From: an uncultured Actinomycetota bacterium
GTDB lineage: Bacteria; Actinomycetota; Thermoleophilia; RBG-16-64-13
Length of the DNA stretch: 64,000 bases
Assembly: GCA_963777945.1 (NCBI GenBank)
Contig: CAVZSN010000006.1
Location: 194,834-258,833, forward strand
Direction of reading: 5' to 3'
The number at the start of each line of letters is the position of its first letter. Positions within the stretch are counted from its first letter, which is position 1. The position numbers and the translations under genes were made by a program. Shown here one piece after another: positions 1-9,721 of the stretch. Below the pieces are notes generated by a model, which saw only the letters and a list, made by a program, of their open reading frames with translations, was not told where the DNA came from and searched no databases.

Positions 1-832
1 GCCCGGCGCCCGTCGCCGTCTCGAGCAGGTGTTCGATGGCGGCCTCCCCCTCCGGACCGTAGTCCGTGGTGGCTTCGTTTACGTAGAGGTCGATGTGAGC
101 CTGACAGACCGCCGGATCGATCTCCTGGGAATGCGCCGCCACATACTCCCGTGATGCGTCGGGGTGGACCCGGGCATAGGCGACGCTCTCAGAGACCGCC
201 TTCTCCACGCGTCCCTGCAGGCCGCGGCTGAGAGCACGTGAGACTGCGATCCCTCCGAGGGGGATAGGAAGGCCGGTGGTCCCCTCCCACCACTCCCCCA
301 GGTCGATCAGACGCCTCAACCCGAGCGCCCCGTAGGTGAATCGGCCCTCATGGATGATGACTCCGGCGTCGACTTCGCCTGCGGCGACGGCGGGCATGAT
401 GCGCTCGAACGGCATGACCAGTCGTTGTCTCGCCGCGCCGGAGAAGAGGCCGGCGAGCAGGGCGGCGGTGGTGTGTTCACCCGGGACGGCCACTCTTGCG
501 CGACTGAGGTCGTCGGCCAGCAGGGCGGCTCCCCCCGCCGAGTCAGCCGGCCGCAACAACGAGTCCTTGCGGGCTACGATCAGGGGCCCGCAGCCTCTCC
601 CCAAGGCTCCCCCGGAGTGCAGCAGAGCGTAGCGGTCTCGCAGGTACCCAAGAGCATAAAACGACACTTTGACGACATCCGCCTCTACTCCGGCCGCCAG
701 TTGGTTCAGCGTGTCTATGTCCTCGAGCCGCTCCTCCACGGCGGGAGCCCCCGGCAGCAGACCACGCACCCAGGCATGGAAGATGAAGGTGTCGTTCGGG
801 CAGGGCGAATAGGCCAGACGCAGCGGCCCCAC
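1..832 (-). CDS. mqnD: 1,4-dihydroxy-6-naphthoate synthase (futalosine pathway, MqnD-like); extreme C-terminus cut by window edge
   Basis: Absent from the ORF track because it is open at the edge. My minus-strand translation from GTG at 832 reads VGPLRLAYSPCPNDTFIFHAW...GEVDAGVIIHEGRFTY...LGEWWEGTTGLPIPLGG. This is the SPCPNDTF / IIHExRFTY signature of the MqnA/MqnD family. It lies directly downstream of mqnB. Confidence 0.75.
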   Translation of the reverse strand, partial: MGPLRLAYSPCPNDTFIFHAWVRGLLPGAPAVEERLEDIDTLNQLAAGVEADVVKVSFYALGYLRDRYALLHSGGALGRGCGPLIVARKDSLLRPADSAGGAALLADDLSRARVAVPGEHTTAALLAGLFSGAARQRLVMPFERIMPAVAAGEVDAGVIIHEGRFTYGALGLRRLIDLGEWWEGTTGLPIPLGGIAVSRALSRGLQGRVEKAVSESVAYARVHPDASREYVAAHSQEIDPAVCQAHIDLYVNEATTDYGPEGEAAIEHLLETATGAG

Positions 833-833
833 G

Positions 834-1779
834 TCATTCACCCTCCGCGAGCGCTTTCGCCGCTTCCGCACTGGTGAGAGGGAGCCGGTCCAGCGCCTCG
901 ACCAGCACCAACACGGCCCAAGAAGCGACCTCCACCGCTCTTTCCACCTCCCAGGTCCCTCGGGCCCTGTCTGCCACCAGGTTGCTGATCCCGCGGACCT
1001 CCAGGAAGGGCGTGTGGTAGAGGGCGCAGACGTGGGCGGCCGCGGCTCCTTCCATCGATTCCGCCAACGCCCCCCAACGGCCGGCCAGCTCGACGGCCCT
1101 GGTAGAGAGCCCCGTCACTTCGGAAGCCGTGATGCACGGACCGGCATGGACCCGCGGTCGTTCCGCGGCGGCGGTCTCCTCCGCCGCGGAAAGCAGCTGG
1201 AGCGCGCCCTCCACAAGGCGCTCGGCGACGGGGAACACTCCTCCCGATTCGACACCTCCGACCGTGGCAACAGGGAGTCCGAGATCTCGGGCGGAGAGCC
1301 ATCCATCCGGACTGGAGCTACCGGTGTCGGAGTAGGCTTCCTGGGTGGCGACCACCACGTCACCCACGGCTGCCCGGATCTCCCCGTCCGGACCAGGCAG
1401 AGCCCCGGCGATACCGGTCTGCAGTACGAGGCGCGGGCGGGGATCCATCGCCTGCAGCAGGCAGGTGAGCAGATGGGCCGTGTTCGCCTTGTCGCATCCG
1501 CTGATGGCCAGCGCCACCCGCCGACTCGCCCCGCGAGCGCCGGCCGGACCCTCCCTGCCGGCGCGGTCCGGGCTCACGACGTGAGCCGTCGCCGGATTCC
1601 GCGGCCGATCCCGGCGCCGCGAGCGTCCCGATCAAGACCCGCTTGGTCGCGACTTCAACGAGGTGGGGATCTTTCAGCGCCCGCCGGAGAAGAGCGGCCT
1701 CACCCTCCGTGGCCACGAGCACGACCACTTCGCAGCCGCGCGTTGCGGCACACAGCCCTTCGCCGTCGACGCATTCCAC
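834..1779 (-). CDS. mqnB: futalosine hydrolase (MTA/SAH nucleosidase fold), reading frame broken once
   Basis: ORF 834..1577 carries the nucleosidase core (RRVALAISGCDKANTAH...GAAAAHVCALYHTPFLEVRGISNLV). The expected N-terminal beta-strand (VVVLVATEGEAALL...IGTLAAPG) sits in ORF 1360..1779 in another frame. The frame change lies somewhere in about 1520-1600. Start codon is uncertain. Confidence 0.65.
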
Positions 1780-1790
1780 CGGACGTCTCC

Positions 1791-3293
1791 CTACGCGCCT
1801 TCCAGAAGCAGCAGGTCGGGATCCTCGAGATACCCCATGACCAGATTGAGGAACCGGGCCGCCTCCGCGCCGTCCACCAGTCGGTGGTCGAAGGTGAGTG
1901 CCAACGGGAGCATCAAGCGGGTGATCATCTTGCCTTCGCGGATCGCGGGTGTCTCCCTGACCCGGCCCATACCCAGGATGGCCACCTCCGGATAGTTGAT
2001 CACGGGAGTGGCGTAGAGGCTACCGATGGCGCCGTAGTTGGTGATGGTGAAGGTGCCTCCCCGGAAGCCCTGCAGATCTATCTGCCGCTCCTCGGCGCGA
2101 TCGACCAGATCGACGATCTCCTCCGCGATGCGGAATATGCTCTTGCGATCGGCATCCTTGATGTTGGGTACCATCAACCCGCTCCGCGTGTCGATGGCGA
2201 TACCGATGTTGTAGTAGCGCTTGAGCAGGAATTCGTCTCCCGATTCCTCCAGCACCGCGTTCAGACGCGGGAAGCGTTTGAGCGAGGCGGTGCAGGCCTT
2301 CACCACGAAGGCGAGATAGGTCAGGCGCACCCCGCGTTCGGCGGCGATGGTCCGCTCCTTCTCCCGGATCCGTTTGATGATGGTGACGTCGGCCTCATCC
2401 ATGGTCGTCACCTGAGCCTGTTTGGCGACGGCCTCGGCCATCCGGCGGGCCATGCTGCGGCGTACCCCTCTGAAGGGCACGCGCTCGACGGGTCCGTGAC
2501 CGTCGTTCTCGATGACACCGCCGAGAAGTGGGCAGATGGCGACTTCTTCGTCACACGGTGGCGCCTCGGCCGGAGGGACGGCGCCCGATTCCGGCGCGGC
2601 CGCGGGGGCCACGGCCGCCTGGGGAGCGGCCGCTTGTTCGGCCCGGGCGGGAACCGCGGGAGCGCCGGCCGTCCCGGTGGTGACACCCGCTGTGGGGGCG
2701 CCCGCCGCGGCGGCGGGCGGTGGAGTGACCGCCCCGTAGGCCAGGGACTGGGCCATGTCCTCCACGTCCTGCTTGAGTATCCGGCCGCCCGGTCCGGTGC
2801 CGCGTAGACCTCTCAAGTCCACTCCAAGTTGGCGAGCGAGCGCCCGAACCGAGGGCATGGCCAGTATCTGTCCCTCCTCTTCTTCCTCGGGCGCCTCCTC
2901 GAGTTGCCCGACGACGGAGCCGGTGTAGGGCACCGCTTCCGGTTCGGGTGGCGCCACGGACGGGGCCACCACCCGCGCGACGGGTTCGGGTGGCGCCGCG
3001 GCGACCGGGGGTACGGACGTCGTCGCTACGGCGGCCGAAGCCGCGGAAGGCACAGCGCCCTCCTCGATGGTCACCAGGATGTCCCCGACATTGACGATAT
3101 CCCCTTCGGCGGCATGAAGCCGGGCTATCCGCCCGGGACGCGGCGAGGGCATCTCGACAACCGCCTTGTCGGTCTCCATCTCGGCGAGAGTCTGATCCTG
3201 GGCGACCTGGTCGCCCTCCTTCACCTTCCAGGACAGCAGTTCACCCTCGGTGATGCCTTCGCCGATGTCGGGGAACCTGAACTCGTATGCCAT
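1791..3293 (-). CDS. dihydrolipoamide acyltransferase (E2) of a 2-oxoacid dehydrogenase complex
   Basis: ORF 1791..3344. I place the start at the ATG at 3293 (MAYEFRFPDIGEGITEGELLSWKV...ETDKA lipoyl domain). This is followed by an Ala/Pro linker, a peripheral-subunit-binding motif (SVRALARQLGVDL) and a C-terminal catalytic domain (LALTFDHRLVDGA). Confidence 0.9.
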   Translation of the reverse strand: MAYEFRFPDIGEGITEGELLSWKVKEGDQVAQDQTLAEMETDKAVVEMPSPRPGRIARLHAAEGDIVNVGDILVTIEEGAVPSAASAAVATTSVPPVAAAPPEPVARVVAPSVAPPEPEAVPYTGSVVGQLEEAPEEEEEGQILAMPSVRALARQLGVDLRGLRGTGPGGRILKQDVEDMAQSLAYGAVTPPPAAAAGAPTAGVTTGTAGAPAVPARAEQAAAPQAAVAPAAAPESGAVPPAEAPPCDEEVAICPLLGGVIENDGHGPVERVPFRGVRRSMARRMAEAVAKQAQVTTMDEADVTIIKRIREKERTIAAERGVRLTYLAFVVKACTASLKRFPRLNAVLEESGDEFLLKRYYNIGIAIDTRSGLMVPNIKDADRKSIFRIAEEIVDLVDRAEERQIDLQGFRGGTFTITNYGAIGSLYATPVINYPEVAILGMGRVRETPAIREGKMITRLMLPLALTFDHRLVDGAEAARFLNLVMGYLEDPDLLLLEGA

Positions 3294-3340
3294 GGCCGTG
3301 ACTCCTCGGTGCTCGCTGGTCGATCGCGCCGGTCGTTCGC

Positions 3341-4120
3341 TCACGTCTCGGTAGAGCCCGCACGCGCGTGACGGGCCACATTGCCCATCCGCAGCTTGCG
3401 GATCTGATTCCTGACCTCCTCCTCGCTCAGAAACTCATCATCCCTGGGCAGTTCTCGGTGTACCACCTCATCCAGGTGCCGCATCAGCTTGGCCGGAGGA
3501 CCTCCATCGATCGCGCTGTAGCCCACCGCCAGCAACTCGTAGACATACATGAAGTCCGGAAGGGCAAGAAGATGCTTCACCAGCCCCTGCACCCTCTCGT
3601 TCTTGACTGCCGAGACAGGCTGCGCCCCCAGTTCCAGACTATGCAGGGCAAGCCATAGATACATGAGGGCGTTGGCGAGAGACGACTCGAATATAGATTC
3701 GCCCTTCTGCCTGCAGTACCGGGCGTTCATCGGCAGACCGGCAGAGCGCCGGATGTCACCCAAGATCAGGATGTACACAGGAGCGAGAGGACAGCTGACT
3801 CTCCCCCGGCTCTCCAACGTCCACGCCGGCCCTTGCCACTCCTCCCGCGTGGCCTCGAGGACATAGAAGTCGCTCTCGATCCACTCGTCGACGATCCTCT
3901 TGACCGCGGTGCGCAGTTCGAGATCCTTGAGCACCAGGAATTCCGCGGGCTGCATGTTGAAACCGGTGGGCGCCCAGCGTGCGACCTCCAGGGCCTTGTC
4001 GATCGCTTCGTCGGCGACCGGATCCGGCCTGAGCGCCCGGACGGTCCGCCGGCTCTTCGCCAATTCGAGCAACTCGTCGTAGTACACCGGGCCCTCCCTC
4101 ACGTGGCGAACGGCGCCCAA
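3341..4120 (-). CDS. nitroreductase-superfamily protein, paralog 1
   Basis: 259 aa. RRTVRALRPDPV...ARWAPTGFNMQP is the typical nitroreductase-fold N-terminus. About 60% identical by eye to the next ORF. Confidence 0.75.
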   Translation of the reverse strand: MGAVRHVREGPVYYDELLELAKSRRTVRALRPDPVADEAIDKALEVARWAPTGFNMQPAEFLVLKDLELRTAVKRIVDEWIESDFYVLEATREEWQGPAWTLESRGRVSCPLAPVYILILGDIRRSAGLPMNARYCRQKGESIFESSLANALMYLWLALHSLELGAQPVSAVKNERVQGLVKHLLALPDFMYVYELLAVGYSAIDGGPPAKLMRHLDEVVHRELPRDDEFLSEEEVRNQIRKLRMGNVARHARAGSTET

Positions 4121-4163
4121 GGCGCCGCTCCCGTTCTGGCCTCAGCCGCCGCTCCGTCCTGCC

Positions 4164-4910
4164 TCAGTCGCCCACCTTCTCCGCCTCGACGTGGCGGGCG
4201 ACGTTCCCGGCCCGCAACTTCACGATCTGCCTGCGTAGGGCGTCGTCACTCATGAACTCGTCGTCCGCGGCCCGCTCGTAGTGGACCATCTCGTCGAGGT
4301 GACGCATGAGCTTGGCCGAGGGTCCCTCTTCCATGGCGTTGTAGCCCACCAGGAAGATGTCGTAGACGTAGATGAAATCGGGCAGATTGAGCAGGTGCTT
4401 CACCAACCCCTGTACTTTGGGGTACTTCACTCCGGAGATGGGCTGCGCGGCCAGCCCGAGGCTGTGCGCCGCCAGCCACATGTACATGAAGGCGTTGGAC
4501 AGAGACGACTCGAAGATGGAGTCCCCCTTCTGCCGGGAATAGCGCGCGGCCATAGGCAGACCGACCCGGCGCCGGGTGTCGCCCATGACGAGGATGTCGA
4601 CCGGGGCAAGGGGGCAATCCCATCTACCGTGAGTGTCCATGGCCCAGGGTGAGCCCTGCCATTCCTCGCGGGTGGCCTCGAGCGCGAAGAAATCGCTGTT
4701 CTTGTAGTCGTCGACGATCCTCTTGATGGCCAGGCGCAACTCGAGGTCCTTGACCACCAGCATCTCCAGAGGCTGCATGTTGAACCCTGTCGGCGCCCAG
4801 CGGGCGGCCTCCAGCAGCTTGTCGATCAGCTCGTCGGGGATGGGCTCCGGCTTGATCGCCCGCAGGGTGCGGCGGCCCTTCACGAACTCCAGAAACTGCT
4901 CGTATTCCAC
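4164..4910 (-). CDS. nitroreductase-superfamily protein, paralog 2
   Basis: 248 aa. RRTLRAIKPEPI...ARWAPTGFNMQP. Collinear with 3341..4120 over the full length, including the C-terminal LRxGNVARH tail. Confidence 0.75.
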   Translation of the reverse strand: MEYEQFLEFVKGRRTLRAIKPEPIPDELIDKLLEAARWAPTGFNMQPLEMLVVKDLELRLAIKRIVDDYKNSDFFALEATREEWQGSPWAMDTHGRWDCPLAPVDILVMGDTRRRVGLPMAARYSRQKGDSIFESSLSNAFMYMWLAAHSLGLAAQPISGVKYPKVQGLVKHLLNLPDFIYVYDIFLVGYNAMEEGPSAKLMRHLDEMVHYERAADDEFMSDDALRRQIVKLRAGNVARHVEAEKVGD

Positions 4911-4932
4911 GTCTCACTCCTTCGTTGTGCCG

Positions 4933-5913
4933 TCAGAACCGTAGCAGAGATCTGACTGCCTCCACCACCGTCTCGACCTCAGGCTGGTAGTAGTCCTCGA
5001 GTTTCGCCAAGGGGGGGATGGTGTCGAACCCCGTGACCCTCACCACAGGGGCCTGCAGGTGGAGTACCGCCCGCTCCATGATCTGAGCCGAGATCTCGGC
5101 ACCGAACCCGCAGGTGCGCGGCGCTTCGTGGACGATGACCGCCCGCCCTGTCTTGGTCACGCTGGCGATGACCGTCTCGTAATCGAACGGCGAGAGCGTC
5201 CGTACGTCGATGACTTCAGCGGCCGCCGCACCCTCGGCTTCGAGGTGCTGGGCGGCTTCCTTCACCGTCCTCACCTGCGCGCCCCAGGCGATCAGCGTGA
5301 CGTCCCTCCCCTCGCGCACCACCCGCGCTTTGCCCAGGGGCAACTCATAGGGTTCGTCCGGAACCTCCATCTTGATGGCGCGATACACGCGGGCCGGCTC
5401 GAAGAACACCACCGGGTCGGGTTCCTTGAGCACGGCCATCAGCAACCCCTTGGCCTCGTAGGGATCTGCCGGAATCACTACCTTGAGCCCCGGGACGTGT
5501 GCGTACACGGCCTCCATGCTCTCGGAGTGGTGCTCTAGGGCCCGGATACCCCCGCCGTACGGCATGCGCACCACCAGCGGCACGGTGAACTCACCCCGGC
5601 TCCGGTTGCGCATGCGGGCAGCATGAGAGACAAGCTGGTCGTAGGCGGGGTAGGAGAACCCCGAGAACTGGATCTCGGCGACCGGGTGGAAGCCGGCGAT
5701 GGCCATACCGATCGCCATCCCCATGATGCCCGATTCGGCTAAGGGCGTGTCGATCACGCGCTGCTCTCCGAACCGCTGTATGAGGCCGTCGGTGACCCGA
5801 AAGACGCCGCCGTCCCTGCCCACGTCCTCGCCGAGGATCACCAACGTGGGGTCGCGCTCCATGGCCTGCAGGAGCGCTTGGTCGATGGCGTCCACCATGT
5901 TGAGCCGGGCCAT
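4933..5913 (-). CDS. 2-oxoacid dehydrogenase E1 component beta subunit
   Basis: 326 aa. MARLNMVDAIDQAL...VILGEDVG..GGVFRVT..L...FG..RVIDTPLAESGI is a transketolase-like pyrimidine-binding domain. Confidence 0.9.
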   Translation of the reverse strand: MARLNMVDAIDQALLQAMERDPTLVILGEDVGRDGGVFRVTDGLIQRFGEQRVIDTPLAESGIMGMAIGMAIAGFHPVAEIQFSGFSYPAYDQLVSHAARMRNRSRGEFTVPLVVRMPYGGGIRALEHHSESMEAVYAHVPGLKVVIPADPYEAKGLLMAVLKEPDPVVFFEPARVYRAIKMEVPDEPYELPLGKARVVREGRDVTLIAWGAQVRTVKEAAQHLEAEGAAAAEVIDVRTLSPFDYETVIASVTKTGRAVIVHEAPRTCGFGAEISAQIMERAVLHLQAPVVRVTGFDTIPPLAKLEDYYQPEVETVVEAVRSLLRF

Positions 5914-5914
5914 C

Positions 5915-6994
5915 TCAGCGCCTCCTTGCCAGCCGGGACATCAACTCCGCCTCCTGCTCACGCAGCTGCGGAGTCTTCTCAGCGAACACATGGGCGAAGA
6001 TCTCCTCCGGACCGGGAGGTGCAAGAGCCTCGAACTCGGCCACCGCCGCAGCCACCTGCGCCTGGGCTTCCACCAGCACCTGCGCCTCTCCGGCGTCGTC
6101 GAGTAGGCCGTTGGCTCTCATGTAGCGGGCCAGCCGTTCGATGGGGTCCCGCTGCCGCCACTCGGCTACTTCCTCTTCCTGCCGGTAGCGGCGGGCGTCG
6201 TCGGAGGTGGTGTGGTCGGTCACCCGGTAGGTATGGGCTTCGATGAGAGTGGGCTCATGCCCGGTTCGTGCCCTCTCGAGCGCCTCGGAAACAGCCTTGT
6301 ACACGGCGAAGACGTCGTTACCGTCCACCTGTACCCCGAAGATTCCGTAGGCGAGCGCCTTCTGGGCCACGGTGGGCGCCGCGGTCTGCCGCGTGAAGGG
6401 TATCGAGATGGCGTATTGGTTGTTCTGGCAGAAGAACACCACCGGCACCTGAAAGACGCCGGCCATGTTCATGGCTTCGCTGAAATCGCCCTCGGACGTG
6501 GCCCCCTCGCCGAAGGTGGTGAGGACGGCGGCGTCCTCGCCGGCCGTCTTCATGGCCCAGGCGATGCCCACGGCATGCAGCATATGGGTGCCTACGGGGA
6601 TGGAGATGGGGAGGGTTCTAAGGGCTCGCGGGAAGGCGCCCCCTCGCTCGTCGCCGCTCCACACCTGGAGGAGCTGCACCATGGAGAGCCCGCGCAGCAG
6701 CAACGCGCCGTTCTCCCTGAAGGCCGGAACGAGCCAATCCGTGGGCCGCAGAGCGAAGGCCGCCCCTATCTGGGCTCCTTCCTGACCTGCGACCCGAGCG
6801 AAAGTGCCCAGCCGTCCTTGGCGCTGCAACGCGAACATGCGCTCGTCGAACTGGCGCGTCAGCACCATATGGCCGTAGAGTCGTTTGATGTCCCCGGGCG
6901 CGAGACCGGGCATCAGCTCCTCGTCGACGGTGCCGTCGGCGCGGAGGACCTCCAGACGGTCGATGGAGTACGAGACGAGAGGTCGGATAGGCAC
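5915..6994 (-). CDS. 2-oxoacid dehydrogenase E1 component alpha subunit (TPP-dependent)
   Basis: 359 aa. Contains the TPP motif region GEGATSEGDFSEAMNMAGVFQVPVVFFCQNNQYAIS. Ends 1 nt before the E1 beta start. Confidence 0.9.
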   Translation of the reverse strand: MPIRPLVSYSIDRLEVLRADGTVDEELMPGLAPGDIKRLYGHMVLTRQFDERMFALQRQGRLGTFARVAGQEGAQIGAAFALRPTDWLVPAFRENGALLLRGLSMVQLLQVWSGDERGGAFPRALRTLPISIPVGTHMLHAVGIAWAMKTAGEDAAVLTTFGEGATSEGDFSEAMNMAGVFQVPVVFFCQNNQYAISIPFTRQTAAPTVAQKALAYGIFGVQVDGNDVFAVYKAVSEALERARTGHEPTLIEAHTYRVTDHTTSDDARRYRQEEEVAEWRQRDPIERLARYMRANGLLDDAGEAQVLVEAQAQVAAAVAEFEALAPPGPEEIFAHVFAEKTPQLREQEAELMSRLARRR

Positions 6995-6998
6995 CCTG

Positions 6999-7991
6999 CT
7001 ACCCCCTTTCGATCATGAGGACCGCGGCGCCGCGTATGCGGCCGCCACGCAGACGCTCCAGCGCTTCGTTCGCCTGTTCCAGGGAGAACGATTCTACCTC
7101 GGTGCGCACAGGGACCTTCGGAGCCAGAGCGAGAAACTCCTGGCCGTCGCGTCTGGTGAGATTGGCCACCGATCTGATCACCCTTTCCCCCCACAGTTCC
7201 CGATAGGGAAACGACGGGATATCGCTCATGTGGATGCCCCCACAGACGACCACCCCTCCTTTCGCCACCGTCCTCAAGGCCAGCGGGACCAGTTCTCCGG
7301 CGGGGGCGAAGATGATGGCGGCATCCAGCTCCTCCGGCGGGACCGCCGCGGTATCACCCGCCCACTCGGCGCCCATCTCCCGGGCGAACGTCTGCGATGC
7401 GACGTCGCCGGGACGGGTGAAGGCGAAGACCCTGCGCCCCTGAAAGCGGGCCACCTGGGTGACGATATGGGCCGCGGCACCGTAGCCGTACAGGCCCAGA
7501 CGCTCGGCATCGCCGGTTAGCGAAAGCGAGCGATAGCCGATGAGGCCCGCGCAGAGCAGCGGGGCCGCCTGCGGCGCCGGATACCCCGCGGGAATCGGAA
7601 AGGCGTACCTGTGGTCGGCCACGGCGGACTCCGCGAAACCCCCGTCCAAGTCGTACCCCGTGAACTTGGCGTTGTCGCAGAGGTTCTCTCGGCCGCTAAG
7701 GCAGTAGCGGCAGTGCCCGCACGTCCAGCCCAGCCAGGGCACACCTACCCGCTCTCCCACCCCGGGACCGGGGACATCTTCCGCTGCGTTCTCGACCACC
7801 CCGACGATCTGATGCCCGATGATGAGGGGCCGCTTAGCGGGCGGCAACTCGCCGTCGACGATGTGCAGGTCGGTCCTGCACACACCGCAGGCCTCCACTC
7901 TGATCCTGACCTGTCCGGGGCCCGGTTCAGGGACCGGCACGTCCGCCAGGACGAGCGGTCTGCCCTCCGCCTCCAGGACCATGGCGCGCAT
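6999..7991 (-). CDS. zinc-dependent alcohol dehydrogenase family oxidoreductase
   Basis: ORF 6999..8360. Real start taken at the ATG at 7991 (MRAMVLEAEGRPL...). Catalytic-zinc motif GVCRTDLH and structural-zinc Cys cluster CGHCRYCLSGRENLC are present. The upstream 123 codons are Arg/Pro-rich and look non-coding. Confidence 0.85.
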   Translation of the reverse strand: MRAMVLEAEGRPLVLADVPVPEPGPGQVRIRVEACGVCRTDLHIVDGELPPAKRPLIIGHQIVGVVENAAEDVPGPGVGERVGVPWLGWTCGHCRYCLSGRENLCDNAKFTGYDLDGGFAESAVADHRYAFPIPAGYPAPQAAPLLCAGLIGYRSLSLTGDAERLGLYGYGAAAHIVTQVARFQGRRVFAFTRPGDVASQTFAREMGAEWAGDTAAVPPEELDAAIIFAPAGELVPLALRTVAKGGVVVCGGIHMSDIPSFPYRELWGERVIRSVANLTRRDGQEFLALAPKVPVRTEVESFSLEQANEALERLRGGRIRGAAVLMIERG

Positions 7992-8014
7992 GAGCGCCCC
8001 GCTCGAGGTGGGGC

Positions 8015-9421
8015 TCACGAGCCTCTGCTCTCCCTGCCGTCGAGGTCGAAGATCTCGTTGGGTTCGGCCACCACCACGTTGAAGTGCAGCTCTGTTTCCA
8101 GGATCCGCTCGAACTCCAGGGCGGCTTGGAGTTCGCCGTGGACGAGTATGGTGAGGCGGGGCGGCTCGAAGTGGGACGCCCAGGCCAGCAACTGCTTCTG
8201 GTCGGCGTGCGCCGATAGTCCGCTGATCTCGTCGATGTGGGCCTTGACTGCGATCTCCTCCCCGAAGATGCGCACCCGCTTGTCCCCCTCCAGGAGACGA
8301 CGTCCCAGCGTGCCCTGCGCCTGGAACCCCACGATGACGACGTGCGCTTCCGGGTGCCACAGATTGTGCTTGAGGTGGTGGCGGACCCTTCCGGCATCGG
8401 CCATGCCACTCGCCGAGATTATGACGACCCCCCGTTTTCCGTTCAGCTCCCGGGACTCGTCCGCGCTCTGCGTGTAGCGCAGCTGGGGGAAGTCGAAGAT
8501 GCCACCCGGCTCTTCCACCAGCTTCCAGGCCTCTGCATCGAAGGCCTCCCGGTGACGGCGGTAGACCTCCGTCGCCCTCGTGGCAAGCGGGCTGTCCACG
8601 TACACGGGCATGTCGAGCTTGTGCTCCTCCAGTATCTCCCTCAGGAAATATAGGAGCTCCTGGGTCCGGCCCACCGCGAAAGCGGGGATGATGACGTTGC
8701 CCCCCTCCCGCTTGGCCTGTTTGAGGATGGCGGCCAACTCGTCCTGGGGCCTGCCGTCACGCACGTGCTGTCGGTCCCCGTACGTGGATTCCATGATCAG
8801 GTAGTCGGTCCGGTCCACGGTCTCCGGATCCCGGATGATGGGCTGATCGGGCTGCCCCACGTCGCCGCTGAAGATGACCTTGACCTGCTCTCCCTGCTCT
8901 TCGAGCTCCAGCTCGAGGAAAGCCGATCCGAGGATGTGCCCGGCGTCCCGGAACTGCGCCCTCACCCCGGGAGCCAACTGCGCCGGAACCGAGTACTGCA
9001 TCGGCCGCAACAACTGGATGGTCTTGCGGGCGTCTTCCTGGTCGTACAGCGGGTCCTGGGCGCGTCGCCCGGCGCGTCGCGCTTTGCGCGTGCGCCATTC
9101 CGCCTCCATCTCCTGGATGTACGCGGAATCGAGAAGCATGATCTCGGCCAGGTCGCAGGTGGGGGCGGTGGCGTAGATCGGCCCTTTGTAGCCGGACCGC
9201 ACCAGTCGCGGCAGCCTTCCCGAGTGGTCGATATGAGCGTGGGTGAGGAGTACGAAGCTGATCTCGTCGGGGTCGAAGGGGAACGGCTCGAAGTTGAGAG
9301 CCTCCTCCCTATCGCCGCCTTGGTGCATACCGCAGTCCACAAGGAACCGGGTGCCTCCCACCTGCACGACGTAGTTGGATCCCGTCACCTCGCGAGCAGC
9401 CCCGTAGACCTGTAAGAACAT
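8015..9421 (-). CDS. MBL-fold beta-CASP family hydrolase (RNA-metabolising metallo-beta-lactamase type)
   Basis: Start at the ATG at 9421, preceded by GGAGGAGG. The HxHxDH motif (LTHAHIDHSG) is followed by beta-CASP and C-terminal motifs (ISGLSAHAD...LVHGE). Confidence 0.8.
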   Translation of the reverse strand: MFLQVYGAAREVTGSNYVVQVGGTRFLVDCGMHQGGDREEALNFEPFPFDPDEISFVLLTHAHIDHSGRLPRLVRSGYKGPIYATAPTCDLAEIMLLDSAYIQEMEAEWRTRKARRAGRRAQDPLYDQEDARKTIQLLRPMQYSVPAQLAPGVRAQFRDAGHILGSAFLELELEEQGEQVKVIFSGDVGQPDQPIIRDPETVDRTDYLIMESTYGDRQHVRDGRPQDELAAILKQAKREGGNVIIPAFAVGRTQELLYFLREILEEHKLDMPVYVDSPLATRATEVYRRHREAFDAEAWKLVEEPGGIFDFPQLRYTQSADESRELNGKRGVVIISASGMADAGRVRHHLKHNLWHPEAHVVIVGFQAQGTLGRRLLEGDKRVRIFGEEIAVKAHIDEISGLSAHADQKQLLAWASHFEPPRLTILVHGELQAALEFERILETELHFNVVVAEPNEIFDLDGRESRGS

Positions 9422-9721
9422 GCGTCCTCCTCCGAGTTTTCCGCCACCTGGGGAGTACCCCCAGCGGGGACTCAATAGACGTCTGTGTTATTCTACGCTC
9501 GAGCGCCCAAAGGCTGCCAAGGACTGACTCTTTGCCGCCGGCGCGCTGGGCACGCATAAAGCCAAGACCGGGGGGACACTCGCCGCGGCGGCATGGCTGC
9601 GACGAGGGCTACGCATGGCGTTGTCCATCGCGATCCGGTAGCCGAGATATCGTCTTCTAGCAGCCTGTTATCCGGGCCGAAGGCCCAGCAGCACATAGGA
9701 CAACGAAGAAAACGGAGGAAG

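Noticed and set aside
834-1577. mqnB could simply start at the GTG/ATG of ORF 834..1577, with no frameshift.
   Set aside because: That model lacks the first beta-strand and helix of the nucleosidase fold. Those elements are encoded in good sequence (VVVLVATEGEAALLRRAL) immediately upstream in another frame. I kept this as the less likely alternative.
1014-2807. Long plus-strand ORFs lie antisense to well-supported minus-strand genes. Examples: 1014..2807, 9668..11671 (antisense to acs), 11530..13491, 16573..18195, 42466..44565 and 54601..56214.
   Set aside because: Their translations are Arg/Gly/Pro/His-rich low-complexity strings with no recognisable domains. They overlap genes with strong family signatures. 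Such shadow ORFs are typical of high-GC DNA.
6999-8360. The 453-aa ORF suggests an alcohol dehydrogenase with a 123-aa N-terminal extension.
   Set aside because: The extension is Arg/Pro/Gly-rich and overlaps the 3' end of the upstream beta-CASP gene in another frame. The canonical ADH N-terminus starts at the ATG at 7991. The same logic trimmed ORFs 22291..23208, 8015..9475, 9593..11686 and 23914..25239.
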